Shown here: piece by piece, positions 1 to 13,652 of the stretch
Numbering within the stretch: the stretch's first letter is position 1
How the letters are laid out: the number at the start of each line of letters is the position of its first letter
From: Asterias rubens
Lineage: Eukaryota
NCBI RefSeq assembly: GCF_902459465.1
Contig: NC_047074.1
Span: forward strand, 1,984,001 to 2,048,000
Direction of reading: 5' to 3'
Length of the DNA: 64,000 bases
Notes under the pieces: generated by a model
What the model was told of the DNA's origin: nothing
Databases searched by the model: none
The model's input: only the letters and a program-made list of their open reading frames with translations
Program-made: the position numbers and the translations under genes

Positions 1-97
1 AAAACGGCTGTAACATAAACAATATCAGTGGGACAACAAATAATTAGCAGATAAATCTTGTAAACGTATAGTTTAATGATATATATTGTAAAAACAG

Positions 98-580
98 AAT
101 TCAATTCAATTCAATTTTTTATTTGTCCCACCATGTAGGAAACTCTGTATGAATACATGCAATACAGAAAGAAAAATAAATAACACACAATCGTAAATAA
201 ACTACTGGAAATGTTAATTAATCAGAAAACTACATTACTAATAAACCACAATTTAATTATACTGAAAACTATATCTAAGCAGAAAGTAAACAAAGTAGTT
301 AAACACGGTTGAGGAGACGGACGGAGTATGTGATGAAGTACCTGCCTGTTTTGCACCTAAGTGACTGCCATCTCCTACCACTTCCAAGTTTGATGAAGAA
401 TTTGTTTAATGGATGGTTGGTGTTACATACAACAGCCTCTGCTTTAGCTAGAACCTTATCTTTGCAAGTTTCATCAAGATCGATGTCTATCCCTAGGATT
501 TTTGATGCTTGTTTCTAATACATTTCAAACTTATTGTTGTCAGCTATTTTGCCCGAAATTTCAATCATAATTTGATGCAC
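98..580 (-). mobile_element. 5'-truncated LINE 3' end (Rex1/Babar-like), with (ATTGA)n tail
   Basis: Minus-strand translation 514->302 reads KQASKILGIDIDLDETCKDKVLAKAEAVVCNTNHPLNKFFIKLGSGRRWQSLRCKTGRYFITYSVRLLNRV*. This matches the HPLxxxFxxLPSGRRxRS...IRLLN C-terminus typical of Rex1/Babar-type RT ORFs. It is followed by AATAAA and ATTGA repeats at 98-115. Confidence 0.7.
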
Positions 581-1386
581 TAACACAGTGTAAGTATAAT
601 TTTTTGTAACCGAAAAGTTTAAAGTGAACGTGTATTTATACATCGCCTAGAGGTTTTTTTTTTTTTTTTGAAGGAATCCTTTTATACATTATGTTCTTAA
701 TTAGGTTTTTGTCGGTTCGTGTAGCCTACTTTAAAATTAGAGAATACATGGGTTATTATCTTTATAAATATTAAAGTAGCACTTGGAGTACGTTTAATAC
801 TTTATTGATAGCACATGTACATCGATTCGTTGACTGATATAATGCATGGGGTAGTTTCCTCCAAAAATTGTATCACAGGTAAAATAACTGTGTTTTGGGC
901 ACAATTCTTTTTTCTAATGATCTGAACAGATAAATAGATGTACCCTGGACCCACCTAGCACTAATAACATGTGTTGTGTTTATATATTATAATGGGTCCA
1001 TATACTAAAGTGCTATTCACACGACAGCATTTTAGCTGGGGTCCCTTGCTTAATTTTAGCATGTACGAGGTACATTATTTGTAAAAGTTTGCAACAATGT
1101 TACAACTAAGAAGGGACCCTTGCTTAAATTGCTCTCGTGTGAAAGGGGCTTAATCTGTCACCCCACACTGTTGTCAACCCCTGAGTTTACCCACCCAACA
1201 ATCAGTTACTATACACGAAAATTATGAGAGAACAAAATTATATCTGAGGAGGATGGTTTAAAAAACAAAACAAAAGCGGAATTAATCCACAAATTGTTAT
1301 AGTTATCATACCAATACCAGTAATATTTCCAACAGTAATCTTGAATAAAATATAAATCGCACATTAATTACCAAACCACGTCAATG

Positions 1387-1526
1387 GGAGACTTTCTGGG
1401 ACGATAGAGGGCAGCAGACTTACCGGGTAAATCCATTGTTCTCAGAATTATGCGCATGTTCAGAACTACGTAAACAATGGAAATTTACCCGGTATGTCTG
1501 CTGCCACCTAGCGTTGGAAAGTCTCC
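1387..1526. mobile_element. MITE with GGAGACTTTC...GCAGCAGAC(T/A)TACC(G)GGTAAAT inverted arms
   Basis: Long inverted arms (gggcagcagacttaccgggtaaat / atttacccggtatgtctgctgcc). Related copies occur at about 6430-6585, 37330-37570 and 38260-38280. Confidence 0.75.
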
Positions 1527-1591
1527 TATTATATCTCCAGAAAGGGTTATAATAACAATATCAACAAACTTGTAATGCTACATACCCACTC

Positions 1592-1946
1592 TGCTGGGTA
1601 CCTTTTCAAAATGTCCATAGATTTTCATTAAACTTACAGGGTTTGAAGATAATGATAGTGGAAAGCTTCCCTTTAAATAATACTTACTGAGGTGCTGTAG
1701 TTTTTTTAGAAATGAGTAAAACAATGTCATGAAAATACGTTTGTAAATGATTAAAAAAAAATTCGTCTCATGAGACGAAATTTTTTTTCATGACATTGTT
1801 TTACTCATTTCCCAAAAACTACAGCACCTCAGCACGTAACATTTTCAGGGAAGCTTTCTACTATCATTATGTTCAAACTGTGTAAGTTTAGTGTAAATCT
1901 GTGGACATTGTGTTTTTTGTCCTACAAAAGTTACATAGACCCTTTA
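1592..1946. mobile_element. Palindromic foldback MITE (ACTGAGGTGCTGTAGTTTT / AAAACTACAGCACCTCAG family)
   Basis: Near-perfect internal palindrome centred on cgtctcatgagacg. Related copies occur at about 25130-25530, 28230-28550, 47570-47830 and 59470-59880. Confidence 0.7.
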
Positions 1947-2105
1947 AAAACCTGCGACATAAGATCATTTTTGAGAAGAGATTAAGATTTTGCGGTACAG
2001 AGACAACATCAAAGATTAAGCGGTAGAGTGTTAACCAACTGCGTAGAAAAATATATAAACACAAAAATGTTTCTTCGTCTCTGTAAAATAAAAAAGATCT
2101 AATTT

Positions 2106-5100
2106 TTAGGTTCTGTTCATAAAAACAATAACAACAGCTAAGCATAGTATAAAGAGTTCACTTGACGATCTGTAGGAAATAGCGCCCCCACACGGCATGA
2201 CTGGATTCTCTGAGTCTTGGAAGCCGTGCGGATACCAGTTACCACAGCGTGGAAAATCCTTGGGTTTTGGCGGTAGGTCTTCTTGGGTACCAACACGAAC
2301 AAGGAGAGACATACCGATCTTAAAATTAAGGCACAGAGAGGAGAAAGATAACAAAAAAGTTCTACAAAAATAAGCGTAATTTTTAGACAGATTCAGAACG
2401 ATCTGATTAAAAGTCCATTTTGTGCAACAATGGTGGGGTTTTTTTTTCGATCACAATTTGCAACTTCGATGACCACAAATGAGCCAAGTTAATTTCTGTA
2501 AGGCTGTATACTCCCCACCAGGGAGCTGAGATGGGTTTAAGGAGTGATTTAAGGCCCAGTGACCAGGGGTAATAATGTGAAGCGCTTTGGGACGCCCTCC
2601 GGGTGTGAAAAGCGCTATATAAAAACGGGTTATTATTATTATTATTATTATTATTTCCACAGATAAGTTTTTAAATATCTGCCAATTTTGGGATGCACCA
2701 AGTGAAAGAAACTGGTCTCTGGCAATAACATTACCAAAGATGTCCAGTGCCTTTAAGACTAACGTCCCCATTTGCTTTAGAGTCACTCCACCCGTATCCC
2801 TTTTTCAAAATCCTCGGTATCATTGGATGCGCTCGTACGCCACCATTTGAGTAGAACCTTAAGCCAATGTGTCTTCAGAATCAAGCGTGTCAAAGGTGAA
2901 CAAGTTTTAAAAACCTCAAATAAATATTTAGTTTAAAGGCGGGCGTACTTTTGAATAGTTACAGACACATTCAAGTAGATTGGCAAATATTTAACTTTAG
3001 AGGGCGCACGTCACAAAAGCTCATACATTACTCTTTAATCTATTTTAGCACGAGACCCGACTTGAACTAAGTATAATACTTGATAACACATACAGGTCCT
3101 TTTCGAAACTAGTGCTTTGGCTCCTGATTCGGCTTAGGCTAAATAAGGTTGTTTTGACAATTGCGCGTGCTTTGTGTACGTGCTCAGCTATAGGGCTTCG
3201 GACGAGAGGACGGAGCCTGATCCGAATCCGAAGCCGAAGCCGTCATTTCGAAAAGGGACCGTATAGAAGTGCGACTGGAAAACACATTTAGTTGGACTTA
3301 CCTCGACGTGAAACTCTAGATGGCAATGAAATAGCCACCAGCCGGGGTTATCAGCTTCAAATCGGATAGCAGTCAGACCACCGTCGGGAACGATCACGGT
3401 ATCCTTCCGAGGGGCGCCGGTCAACTTCCGGGTTATGTTACCTGTGTGTAAATTAATTTAGACTCGTTACAAGTCGTATCTGATGTTTATGATTAACCCC
3501 CTTTCTCTCTCTGACGTAATTACTCAAATAAAATTGTTAGCTCAAAAAGTACTTATACTTTGTAATGAGAAATGGAGAGCAGGGCCCAATTTCATAGAGC
3601 TGCTTAAGCAGACATTGCTTGACACGTTGAGCAACAAGAGTGTTTTCCCCCCAGTATTCTCTTGCAACTTCAAAAACCAAGTGACTCTAAATTTCCGCAG
3701 GTTTGTTTTGTATGCATATGTTGGTATACACCCAGTTGAGAATACGGGTCTTTGACAATATTGCCAAAGGTTTCCAATGCCTTTAACATAACATTGCCAG
3801 GAACCTCGGCCTTACCTTTAGGGTCTGACCATCTCTTTGAGTTCAGCTAAAGGATGTGTCCCTGACTGTACTAACCTGCTCTGTCAAGTGCAATGACTTC
3901 TTGTACGCTGGTAGATGGGCCCAACTTCTCGAGGGCAACCACACGAAACGAATGACCGTGTAAATGCATTGGATGACTGGCGTCAAAAGTAACACCTTCG
4001 TCAACAAGAACAAACTCAACAACCTGGCGAAAAAAGGGAACAACGATTTTTTTTTTATTTTTTTTCGAGGCAAATGTACTGAAAAAGGCTGGTCGTGATG
4101 ATACAGGGCGCCACCCGTGGTTACATGAGGAGTGACCCGTCACGTTTGGTTTGGGCGTAATACAGACAGATTAATACCTAAACCAAAATGACAATATAGA
4201 TTTTGACCCGCAAGAACCAGACCCTGTAAACAATTACATAATGTAAAGCATCAAGGCATAGGTCATATTTTTGTATGACTTAGCGTAGCCGCACAATACC
4301 TTGCAGGAAAATACTGAATATTGAAGCGCCTTGAGCGTCACGGGGTGACTGATACGAGCGCTATCTTTGCACATGACGTCATTGGCCGCCATTTTGTATA
4401 CAACGTGCACGCGTGAAAGACTACCATTGGCTGAGAGTTGTGCGCAGCGCGTATAACACATTCTTAAAATATGCATCCCTTTGTGGAGACATCTTTTTGT
4501 TCTTTCCATTGTCCCTGTATTACTAAAGATTTCCCCATAGACTTGGTACACAATATTGCTTGTGGAGCACGGTCTTTATAATTTCCCGATGGAGTCCTTT
4601 TATTTCCCCTTTTTCGTTTTGTCCGTTGTCTCCAGAAGGTTACAGAATATGAGAGCACGCGTGCACTTTTCATATTATCATCAATAAATATGGCGGCCGA
4701 TGATGTGCAATCCATGCAATAAGAAGCCATGAATATTATTTAATTGTTATACCTACCTCACCAAGTTTAACTTGAATAGTGTATATGCACTCGCAGTACT
4801 CTTTCACACAGTCTTTATCCAATGTGGTCTCGGGTGTACACATCTGATCCATAGGGATGTCCTCAAACTGAGTCAGTGGTGGTGATGGAGGGAATTTGAA
4901 GGACAGATGGTTGATTTGAGGCGAGTAAAGATGGTGGGATCTTTCAATGTCTTCGATGGGATAATTGATCGGGTCGTGGAAGTTGTAGTTGTTGACTTTA
5001 TTAAAGTCTAGACCAAGGTAGTAAATGGCGTCAGCTCGCTCAACGCTTGTTGCGTCATCTTGTTCTGTTGAAGTGAAGTGAATTAAATAAGGGAATAAAA

Positions 5101-8100
5101 GGGTAGCTACTAGTTACTTCACGGCCGTTTAAAACAGGCAGGGTCGAATTGCCGTGTGATAAAGGCCCGACCCGAAGGCGAGGGCCTTTGTCACCCCCAC
5201 GTGACGTACTCTTCACCAATAGGAATAGCGAAACTGTCTGAGGCATTAAACTATAATACAATTCTAAGCTCTTTTTGACAGAATAAACTATTTTTCGAAC
5301 TGCCTCCCGCTACCGGGCAATCTCAGTGGTCTACCTGTGACACTGCTCTTGAATTACAAAGGTCGTGGGTTCGAATCCCAACCAGAGTGTGTTATTCGTA
5401 TTTTCAATGAGCTCTGGGAAGTACTGAGTATACAAATGTGCTAACACACATCGGTGTACATGGGGTAAAACCCAAATTATTTACAAACTGGGTATGGTGT
5501 TAGGAAATAATATATTACCTGCCGCATCAAGATCAGCTACTGAAATAGCCGCACTGCTGGACATTTCGTTAAACGGATTAACAATCACCCCTTGCCGGTC
5601 AATGGTCTCGTCCTCTATCGGGTCCTCTTTGGGGGCGCCCTCGTACCGTACCACAGCTAGCTCTTGGTTGTAGCGGCAATCGGCGAGTCCTTTCACGCGC
5701 ATCCAGTAGTTCCCGATGGGGGCGTCAGCATGAAGGACAAAATCGTATCTTTCCCCTCCGTAAATGATGAACGCGTCCGTTAAGGTCGGCTTCAGGGGGG
5801 CCCCGTCGCTTGCGATTATAGTCAGGTTGTGGCCGTCCACGGATATCTTGAGGGCGCAATTCGTAATGGCGTTACTGATGACGCGGAATCTATAACGCAT
5901 TCCATGTTTGACTGAGAAAGTCTCACGAGCCGTAAACGCCGTCTGATTGGTGTCCGGATTGACGAATAAGAGTCGTCGACCCTTACCGTTGATCAGCACC
6001 GACTCTGGTTTGTTGCTCCCGCTGTCATGGTGATGAGCGCCGAACTTCACCAACGTCATCTGGTCCAGCCAATCGTGGACCAGCACGACGTGCTCGGGGA
6101 GATCCACATCGTAGAGGGCGTCGTGCCGCTCCCGTTTGTCGGACTGCCGCACCACCAGCGCGCCGAACACCCCGTCCGCCCTCTGCATGCCCGAATGCGA
6201 ATGCCACCAGTGGGTTCCGTACGTAACCGCATCAAACCTATACGTGAAGCTGGTACCCATCGGGATAGGACATTGTGACGTCATAGCCGTGCCGTCCATG
6301 TAGGGTGTTTCAAATTGATGTGGTCCGTGCCAATGGATTGTGGTCCCTTCGGCATAGCTCTTCAGGTGGTTGATAACTTTGACCTCGATCGTGTCCTTTT
6401 CACATACCTAGGAAAACAAAAATTTACCAAGATGGAAGACTTTAAAACGCTAGGTGGCAGCAGACTTACTTGGTAATTTAAATATTCATTGCTTACGTAG
6501 TTCTGAGCAAACGCACAGTACCAAATGATAATGGATTTACCTGATGAGTCTGCTGCCACCTAGCGTCCCAAAAGTCCCCCATTAAAACACTTCCAACGGT
6601 TAAAAGTTTTTAGTTTTGTAGTCACTTAGCGTCCAAAATATCCCCCATTACTTAACTTTCCAAAGGGGTGAAATGATTGATAAAAATTTATTGATTTGAA
6701 CTTGGATTCCGGAACAAAAAAAGTTTAATTAGATTCATTTTCATTACATACAAAAGGCGCCATGTTGGTCCTCCATGTTGAGTTCACCCACCACTGGCTA
6801 TAGTTTGTATAATGCCTGGATAAAGCATGGGAAAATTACCATCATGACACTTTAGATTGACTTCCAAACACTGTATTAGTGAGTTACCTGCACACTTGGA
6901 CCGGGGAACATTCGGTTGACCACAGCGATGGGTCTGGACACGCCGTTGAGCGGAATGCAATCCGGGCGGGCACAGTCGGTCAAGTTAAAGGGGCAGTCAT
7001 AACAAGCCTTGGATAAGGTATGGTACCACTCCAGGGTAAATTCATACTTGCAAACCTTGGGCTGGGCTGGCCACTCACAGGGTCGAAGGCACTCGTGCGA
7101 GAGATCGGATGGTGACAAAGCTAGAAACAGTCCAATACGAAAATAACTGTTAAAACCCTTAACTTTCACCACTAATCACCACTTTCAAAATGCATCTGAG
7201 ATGAAGAACATTATTTTATTATTTCCTTTGTCCCCCCTGTACTTAAAGGGAAGGTACACGTTAGGTAATTGTCAAAGACCAGTCTTCTCACTTGGTGTAT
7301 CTCAAAATAAGCAACATACCCATTAGCCGTGAGAGCTGCAGTAGTCTCGCTGGGGCCAGGCAGTCTCACGAGAATATGCCAGTGTCGCGGGAATCGCGCA
7401 GAATGATAGTCGGATCGCTCTGACCGCGACAGACATGTTACGACTTGTCCAAAATTCTACATTTATACGTGCTTCCCATAACTCTGTCCAAACATGGTTC
7501 AACCTTGGTTGCCAAACACTCAGGTTGTAATGTTTTCAATAGAAAGGTCTATAATAGCCCTGATGCTGATTTGACACCGGGGTTACAAAGGGAAATGACA
7601 CAGACCTTGTAAACACGCTGAAAACACGTTCCTTTAAAGAATAACAACTGGTTTGAACCATTCGTAAACACTGATGTGTGTTCGACACTGTGTACGTAGT
7701 ACCATCCTGCGATTGTGAAACCATAAATCCACATGTACATAAGTCCGATAACACTCAATTATAATTGCCATGTTTGCTTCTTTCTCTGGGTTTGTATGTT
7801 AAAGGCAGTGGACGCTCTAAATAATTATCAGCATAAAACCTCACTTGGTAACGAGTAATGGGGAAAGGTTGTTGGTATAAAACATTGTGAGAAACGGCTC
7901 CCTCTGAAGTGACGTAGTTTTCGAGAAAGAAGTAATTTTCAACGAATTTGATTTAGAGACCTAAAGTTTAAAATTTGAGGTCTCGACATCAAGGATCTGA
8001 AAGCACACAACTTCGTGTGGCAAGGGTATTTTTTATTTTTTTCATTAATTACCCGCAACTCTTTGTGAAATCGACCTTTAGCTCTTTTGTATAACGTGCT

Positions 8101-11100
8101 TGTAAAATGCTTTGAACTATTCAGTATACTGAATAGCTGAATAATTGAATTATTCAGTATACTGAATAGTTCAAAGCATTTTACAAGCACATGTAAAAGA
8201 ACCCAGTGCACTTATCGAAAAGAGAAGGGGTTCGCCCCGTTGTTCCTGGTTGAAGCTGCTTAATGCGCCGTAGCACCTTGTAAACCCTTATAAGGTGCTA
8301 AATAATTGGGTCTCAGAATTCATCACTGCAATAACCTATCTTTCTGAAAGTTTGTATATACTCAGCGCCTTGAGTACCTTGTTTGGTAGATGCATGCGCT
8401 ATATAAGACTTCGATATTATTATTATTAACTCCGACGACCAATCGAGCTCAAGTTTTCACAGGTTTTTTATTTTAAGCATATGTTGAGATACACCAAGTG
8501 AGAACACTGGTCTTGAACGATAACCAATAGTGTACCTTCCCTTTAAAGCATTGTTATACAATTCTGCATATTATTATCTTCCTCGTTGCACAATAAATCC
8601 GCTCCATCCAGTAGAAGTGGATTTCCTTACATAACAATCTCAACTTAATCTGTATACTGAATAATTCAAAGCATTTTACAAGCACATTATACAAAAGAGC
8701 TGAAGGTCGATTTCACAAAGAGTTAGGGCTATTCCTAACTATAGGACTAGTCATTAGGAGATATAAAAAATTTAAAGCTAAGTAACTCGTCCTAACCCGA
8801 TATAAGTCAAGTCTTTTACCCGTTGAAAAAGTCAAAGTGTACAAGACTAAGTTTGTTTTTTTTTCTTTTCTTTTTAAAGCCATTGGACACTTTCGGTAAA
8901 CACTATTGTCCAAGGCCCACACTTCGTGTATCACAACTTCTATATCAAATAACAAACCTGTGAAAATTTAGGCTCAATCGGTCATCGGAATCTGGAGAAA
9001 ATAACGGGGAAAACCCACCCGTGTATCCGCGCGTTTCGCCGTGTCATGACATGTATTTAAAATAAATCCGTAATTCTCGCTAACGAGAATTGATATTGTT
9101 TAACTGTTTTCTCAAAAAGTAAAGCATTTCATGGACTAATATTTCAAGGGAAGTCTTTCACCACTACCTTCTGTAAACCCTGTAAGTTATTTGTAAATCT
9201 GTGAACTTATTTGTTTCTGTACCGAAAGGGTCCAATGACTTTAAAGAAGTGAACAATTTATTTTAAATATTACAGTGTGTTTTCTTTTAAAAAAGCGAGA
9301 ATATTGAAATGAAAACAAACCGTTCATTCAATTTGCCGGCCGACAACTGCACTGGTATGGATTGTTAATGACTTAACTATAAACAATATAAATTGTTGCT
9401 TCACCCATATACACCGATGTGTCTCAGCACTGTATTACCTACCTAGTACCTTTCCGAGTTCTCTGAAAACAAAACACAGTCATGTAATACTCGGGTGGGA
9501 TTCGAACCCTCGCCCCTTAGCAATTCTAGAGGCAGTGTCTTACCAACAGTACAACATAATTATAAACTCAGGTTGGATTCGTACCCACGCCCTTAGCAAT
9601 TCTAGAGCAGTGCGATACCAACTACACCACTGAGATTGCCCGGTAGCTTGAAGTAAACTATTCAACTGGTAAACAAGATAAAACTCTTTCTCTGTGCTGT
9701 AAAACTCTTCCTCTCTGTGTGCTGTACATGCGCGTATAGTTGTAATAGTGTTTTCATAATGTTGTATTGTTCTTTGTTTTGTTATTGTATGACTGGGGTC
9801 TCTACTCCACAAGCTTCCTTATGTCTTCCTTAATCATTATAACATAATGTAATGTAAATTATATCACGTGTCCTGTGTGTGGTAAAAATAAAAGAAATGA
9901 ATGAATGAATGAATGAATGAATTTACGCACGTAAACAGCAGTCATTGCTACCTATACAAGGTCTACCACATAGATTAAGTTCGTCGTCATTGTTATAGAT
10001 TCCATTCCAGACTTCATGGTCTATCGATTGCAATCAAAATGCTCTTCCCTTTTATTTGTGCAAGTCAGACACCTATCGAATACAAGAAAAACAACTCCAA
10101 CGGAGACTATTGTTATTTTTTTCCAATTATTGTTTTTGGTTTCACCAATATAAACACCGATGTGTAACAGCACTGTATACTCGGTACATTCCCGAGTTAT
10201 GTTAAAAGAAAATCACATTATGGTTACTCGCGGGTGGGGGATTCGAACCCAAGAATCACAGTCCGTGGTCATCTTTTGTTCTCAGATCCCCGCTTCGTAT
10301 GTAGCGTTGAAACAGTGTGGCCCTACTCTCTCAATGTAAAAGAGTGAAAAACACCACTCTTTACATTTCGAGCTGTCCCTCATATTTATATGGCTCTTCA
10401 AAAAGAGTGGTGGTTATTTCACTCTTTTAGAGAGGTTTCACTCCAGGTCAGAGTGAAAAATCACTCAAAAAGATGCAAACTTCAATCTAAAAGAGTGGAA
10501 TACCACTCGAAAAGAGTTGTCCAATTCATATGGCTCTTCAAAGAGTGCATTTTCACTCTTTTACATTGAGAGAGTAGCATAATAAGTCCTTTTGTTTTCA
10601 ATTTAGCATCAGTCCCTTGCTTTTTTAGCATGGTTGTGAAACTTTATAAATTTGACTTGATTTTGTGAACGGACAACAATGTTTGAACTGTCTAACGTCC
10701 CTTGAAATCTTTATTTGTTGTCATTTTGATAAACACGGTTTTCCTTTAACACGAGTGTAAACTAGCAACCATGCGAAACAAAATAAAGCAAGACACCCTC
10801 GGTAAATCGCTGTAGGCACGAGAGCATAAAAGCAAGGGTCCCTTGCTAAATTGTTGCATGGTTGTCAAATTTGACAAAATGTTCCTCGTGTGAAAATACA
10901 ACAATGTTTCTACTGTCCAAGTTCTCTTGCAAAATGTTTTCAAACATTGTTACATTTTACAACCATGATGCAATAAAAAAGCAAGGGACCCCCGTTAAAA
11001 TTCTGTCGTGTGAATAACACTAAGGGGATATTGTATAGACTTACCAATAATGTGTGACACTAGAGATCCACAGAGTATCACTGCACGAAAGATCGCAGCG

Positions 11101-11132
11101 ATACAACCTTCTGATGATCCGGTCTTGACCAT
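2106..11132 (-). CDS. Laccase-like multicopper oxidase, about 690 aa, with signal peptide, Cys-rich N-terminal region and hydrophobic C-terminal tail
   Basis: Exons (minus): 11132-11045 ([29 protein letters not shown], signal-like), 10020-9967 (tentative), 7120-6888, 6407-5519, 5064-4757, 4023-3876, 3441-3302, 2318-2106. All junctions are GT-AG and phases match. All four copper motifs are present: HWHG, WWHSH, HPMHLHG and [12 protein letters not shown] (Met axial ligand). Confidence 0.93.
2478..2654 (+). mobile_element. SINE/LINE-type 3' tail ending in (TAT)n, inserted in a Kolobok-like MITE
   Basis: aagcgctttgggacgcc...gaaaagcgctatataaaaacgggt(tat)n. A related reverse copy lies at about 58822-58890. 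The flanks are pieces of the TTAAAGGCACTGGAC MITE (terminus at about 2745-2757). Confidence 0.65.
3095..3260. mobile_element. MITE with GGTC(C/T)TTTTCGAAAC termini
   Basis: Terminal inverted repeats ggtccttttcgaaac / tttcgaaaagggacc. A second copy at 34329-34499 shares the internal gaggacggagcctga..ccgaatc.gaagccgaagccg sequence. Confidence 0.75.
5308..5478 (+). mobile_element. tRNA-derived SINE (family B)
   Basis: Box B GGTTCGAATCC follows a degenerate box A. Homologous reverse copies occur at about 9395-9650 (with an internal duplication) and 10140-10255. No complete cloverleaf or 3' end is present. Confidence 0.7.
7798..8722. mobile_element. Nested transposon cluster (Kolobok-like MITE pieces, a second TIR element and a SINE)
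   Basis: TTAAAGGCAGTGGAC start at about 7800. Inverted arms ctctttgtgaaatcgacct (about 8059) and aggtcgatttcacaaagag (about 8704-8722). SINE central and tail domain at 8188-8428. Confidence 0.65.
8878..9240. mobile_element. Kolobok-like MITE, subfamily with AGCCATTGGAC termini and TTAA target duplication
   Basis: TTAA|AGCCATTGGACAC ... GGGTCCAATGACT|TTAA. A second copy lies at 28891-29232 in opposite orientation. Confidence 0.75.
9690..9921 (+). mobile_element. Retroposon 3' UTR remnant with (TGAA)n tail
   Basis: ggggtctctactccacaagcttcc...aataaaagaaatgaatgaatgaatgaatgaatgaa. Confidence 0.5.
10323..10577. mobile_element. MITE with CTACTCTCTCAATGTAAAAGAGTGAAA TIRs and internal AAAAGAGTG subrepeats
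   Basis: Perfect 27-bp inverted termini: ctactctctcaatgtaaaagagtgaaa / tttcactcttttacattgagagagtag. Confidence 0.8.
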
Positions 11133-13652
11133 GGCTGCTGCTTACACGCGGGTTCTGCGCTCAAACAAAGTGAACTTTGCAATACAACGAAGGCGGTTAT
11201 CGCAATATTTTGTTAGCTGATGTAATAACACTAACAGATAGCGCCTATCTGATCCGATAAGCAGTTGTCGGAAGCGCGAAGGTTTTCTGCTGGCGAAGCT
11301 AAAAGCTACTAGTCTTGATTTGCGACGTTAATCGTGTTAACACCCTATCACACCAAACTCGTTCTCTCTACGTTCTGAATGTAGTCGTATTGCAAGGCGA
11401 TAGTGTGTGCGCGGCGGGGAGGGAGCGAGCGGGGGAATGCGATAGTTGAGTGATCGTGTAAAACAACGTCTTACACCGAGACTACATTATCAGAACGTGG
11501 GGTATTACATAGTTGCCGATTATCGCAACACGGATACGGTCCGCAGTACGAATTACTGGAGAAGAGATGTTTGACACAAACTTTCGGATTACCAGATGTG
11601 TAGACTTGCCCCAGTCCTTCCGAGTCGGGCTCTAAACGGTTGATGTAGCGCCTGTACTGGGCCCATTTTCATAGCGCTGCTTAGCGGCCGATTTTGTGCT
11701 TACTGTGCGATTTCCATTTCAAAGCGCGGCTAACCGTAAGCACACGTAAAGGCATGCTACCCTTCCGGTGCTTACCGCACTGAAATAAAGGGCGTCACAA
11801 TGCAAACGGATAAACGCCCAATTTTTCTGCTAACCTGTGAAATACGCTTAGAAACTTTTTCTGCTACAGTAAGCACGAAAAATTGCCTACCGTTAAGCAG
11901 CGCTATACAAAAACAGGGTCAACAATCAAGATTATAGCCAAAGGCACGCGTGATATAACAATGAAGCTAGGTATAGCACTTTTGACTTGTTTTAATAACA
12001 TCATTTACAATAGTTAGGCGCTGAAAAGCGCATGAGTGTGCGATAAAAGGATAAATGTTGGCAGTTTCGAAATTGTTTCTTTGTGATATGTAACCTAGTA
12101 GTCCCTTCATAGTCCCTTCAAACTGGTTTGTAAAGACACACAAATGGAAGTTGTAGACCCTACTTTCCAGTGATTATATTATAGTAAGTGATGCCTAAAA
12201 AACTGGCCGCCATTCAATCAAAAAATGCCATTTTGAAATTTAAACTTCAACTCTGAAACCTTCAATCGGAACCGGTCTATCGTGGTGAAGTTGAAATGGT
12301 GTAGCGGAGTCTCGTCCCATTACAGAACACGATAAAGGTGTTAGACTTAACTTGTGCAAACATTCCACTCTAAATAAAAATTATCTTCGTAAAGAATGTT
12401 GTTGGACTTTATCTCTGTGTGATGATAATTATCTTTAAGTGAAGCCTATAAGCTACTGTTTAGGTAATAGTTATTTAATGATTTAAAGTGCATTGACATC
12501 TTAAAGGCACTGGACGCTCTTGGTAATGTTACTCAAAACATTAGCATACAAATTACTCGGTATTAACGAGCAATGGAGAGTGGTTGAAATATAAAACATT
12601 GTGAGAAACGGCTCCCTCTGAAATAACATAGATTTTGAGAAAGAGGTCATTTCTACTCATTCAATAAGTTCAGGTCTGAAACAATTTTCAGGCACCTACC
12701 AAAAGCACACTTTGTACAACAAGGACGTTTTTTGTGTTTTATTTTGCATTTATCCCTTGCAGCTTCGTCGATGACCAATTGAGTCAAAATGTTCACAGAT
12801 TTGTTATCTTATGTTGGGATACACCGAGCGAACTAAATACAGTGTAACGGTTGGGGTTTTTGAGGATCGGTCGAAAATGGCAGCACAATGAAATAAAAAG
12901 ATAAGCAATATACCAAAACTGTACTTTTGTTTTCGTTTGCCCTTGTTTTAACAACAACAAAAGCACAGCCATTAGTTTGACCATGACCGGTCATTCGATG
13001 TGGAAATGACTGAAGGCCACAGGCGGTGGCTTTGTAGCTAAATGTGTAGTCTTGCTCCAATACTCTCATACTCATACTCGTAAAGCAATACGTAATAACC
13101 CGACAGAGGGCGCGCTTTTCTTCTTAAATTCATTTCGGAACCTGGAAATCAAACCAAGAATAGATTCGCGCAAAGCTAGCAGGTGAATCGGCGCGCTGCC
13201 CATGGTAGCGAGGCATGGGAAATAAATAATATTATGCGAAGGTCTTGGAACCAAGACTACTATGAGTGTTATCAAAAGAGATGCAAGCGTTTCCTTCCTT
13301 CTGTTGCTCCTCAATAGACCCAACTGCGCACGAGTGTGCAAACTGTGAAATCATTGTATCCAATGAAATCCCTGGGGAGGTAAAGCCATTACCTGTCTTT
13401 TTCCTCGGATATTAAAGACAATGGAACCAGTAGTCTAGATGCCGTTCTGAATCAAGCGACTTCGGCTATTCGCTCGGCCCCAGCGGACAGTCTATCCAGG
13501 ACCGCTGGGATGGGCTAATCGCTTGCACAGATTCTTGTTCAGGAAGTACGTCATTGTATGCAGTGCATAGAAATATGGTGCAGTGTGAGTGTGATGCATG
13601 ATGGGACTGCGCATTATTAAACCAATGACAGTGCATGATACGTTTGCCCAAA

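Noticed and set aside
3816-3846. 31-nt mini-exon in the laccase intron with a strong donor (AAG|gtaagg)
   Set aside because: The upstream intron would be only 29 nt and inclusion would shift the frame. Exons 6 and 7 already join in phase.
6025-6278. Alternative-frame and antisense ORFs within the large laccase exon
   Set aside because: They are by-products of GC-rich coding sequence with no independent signals.
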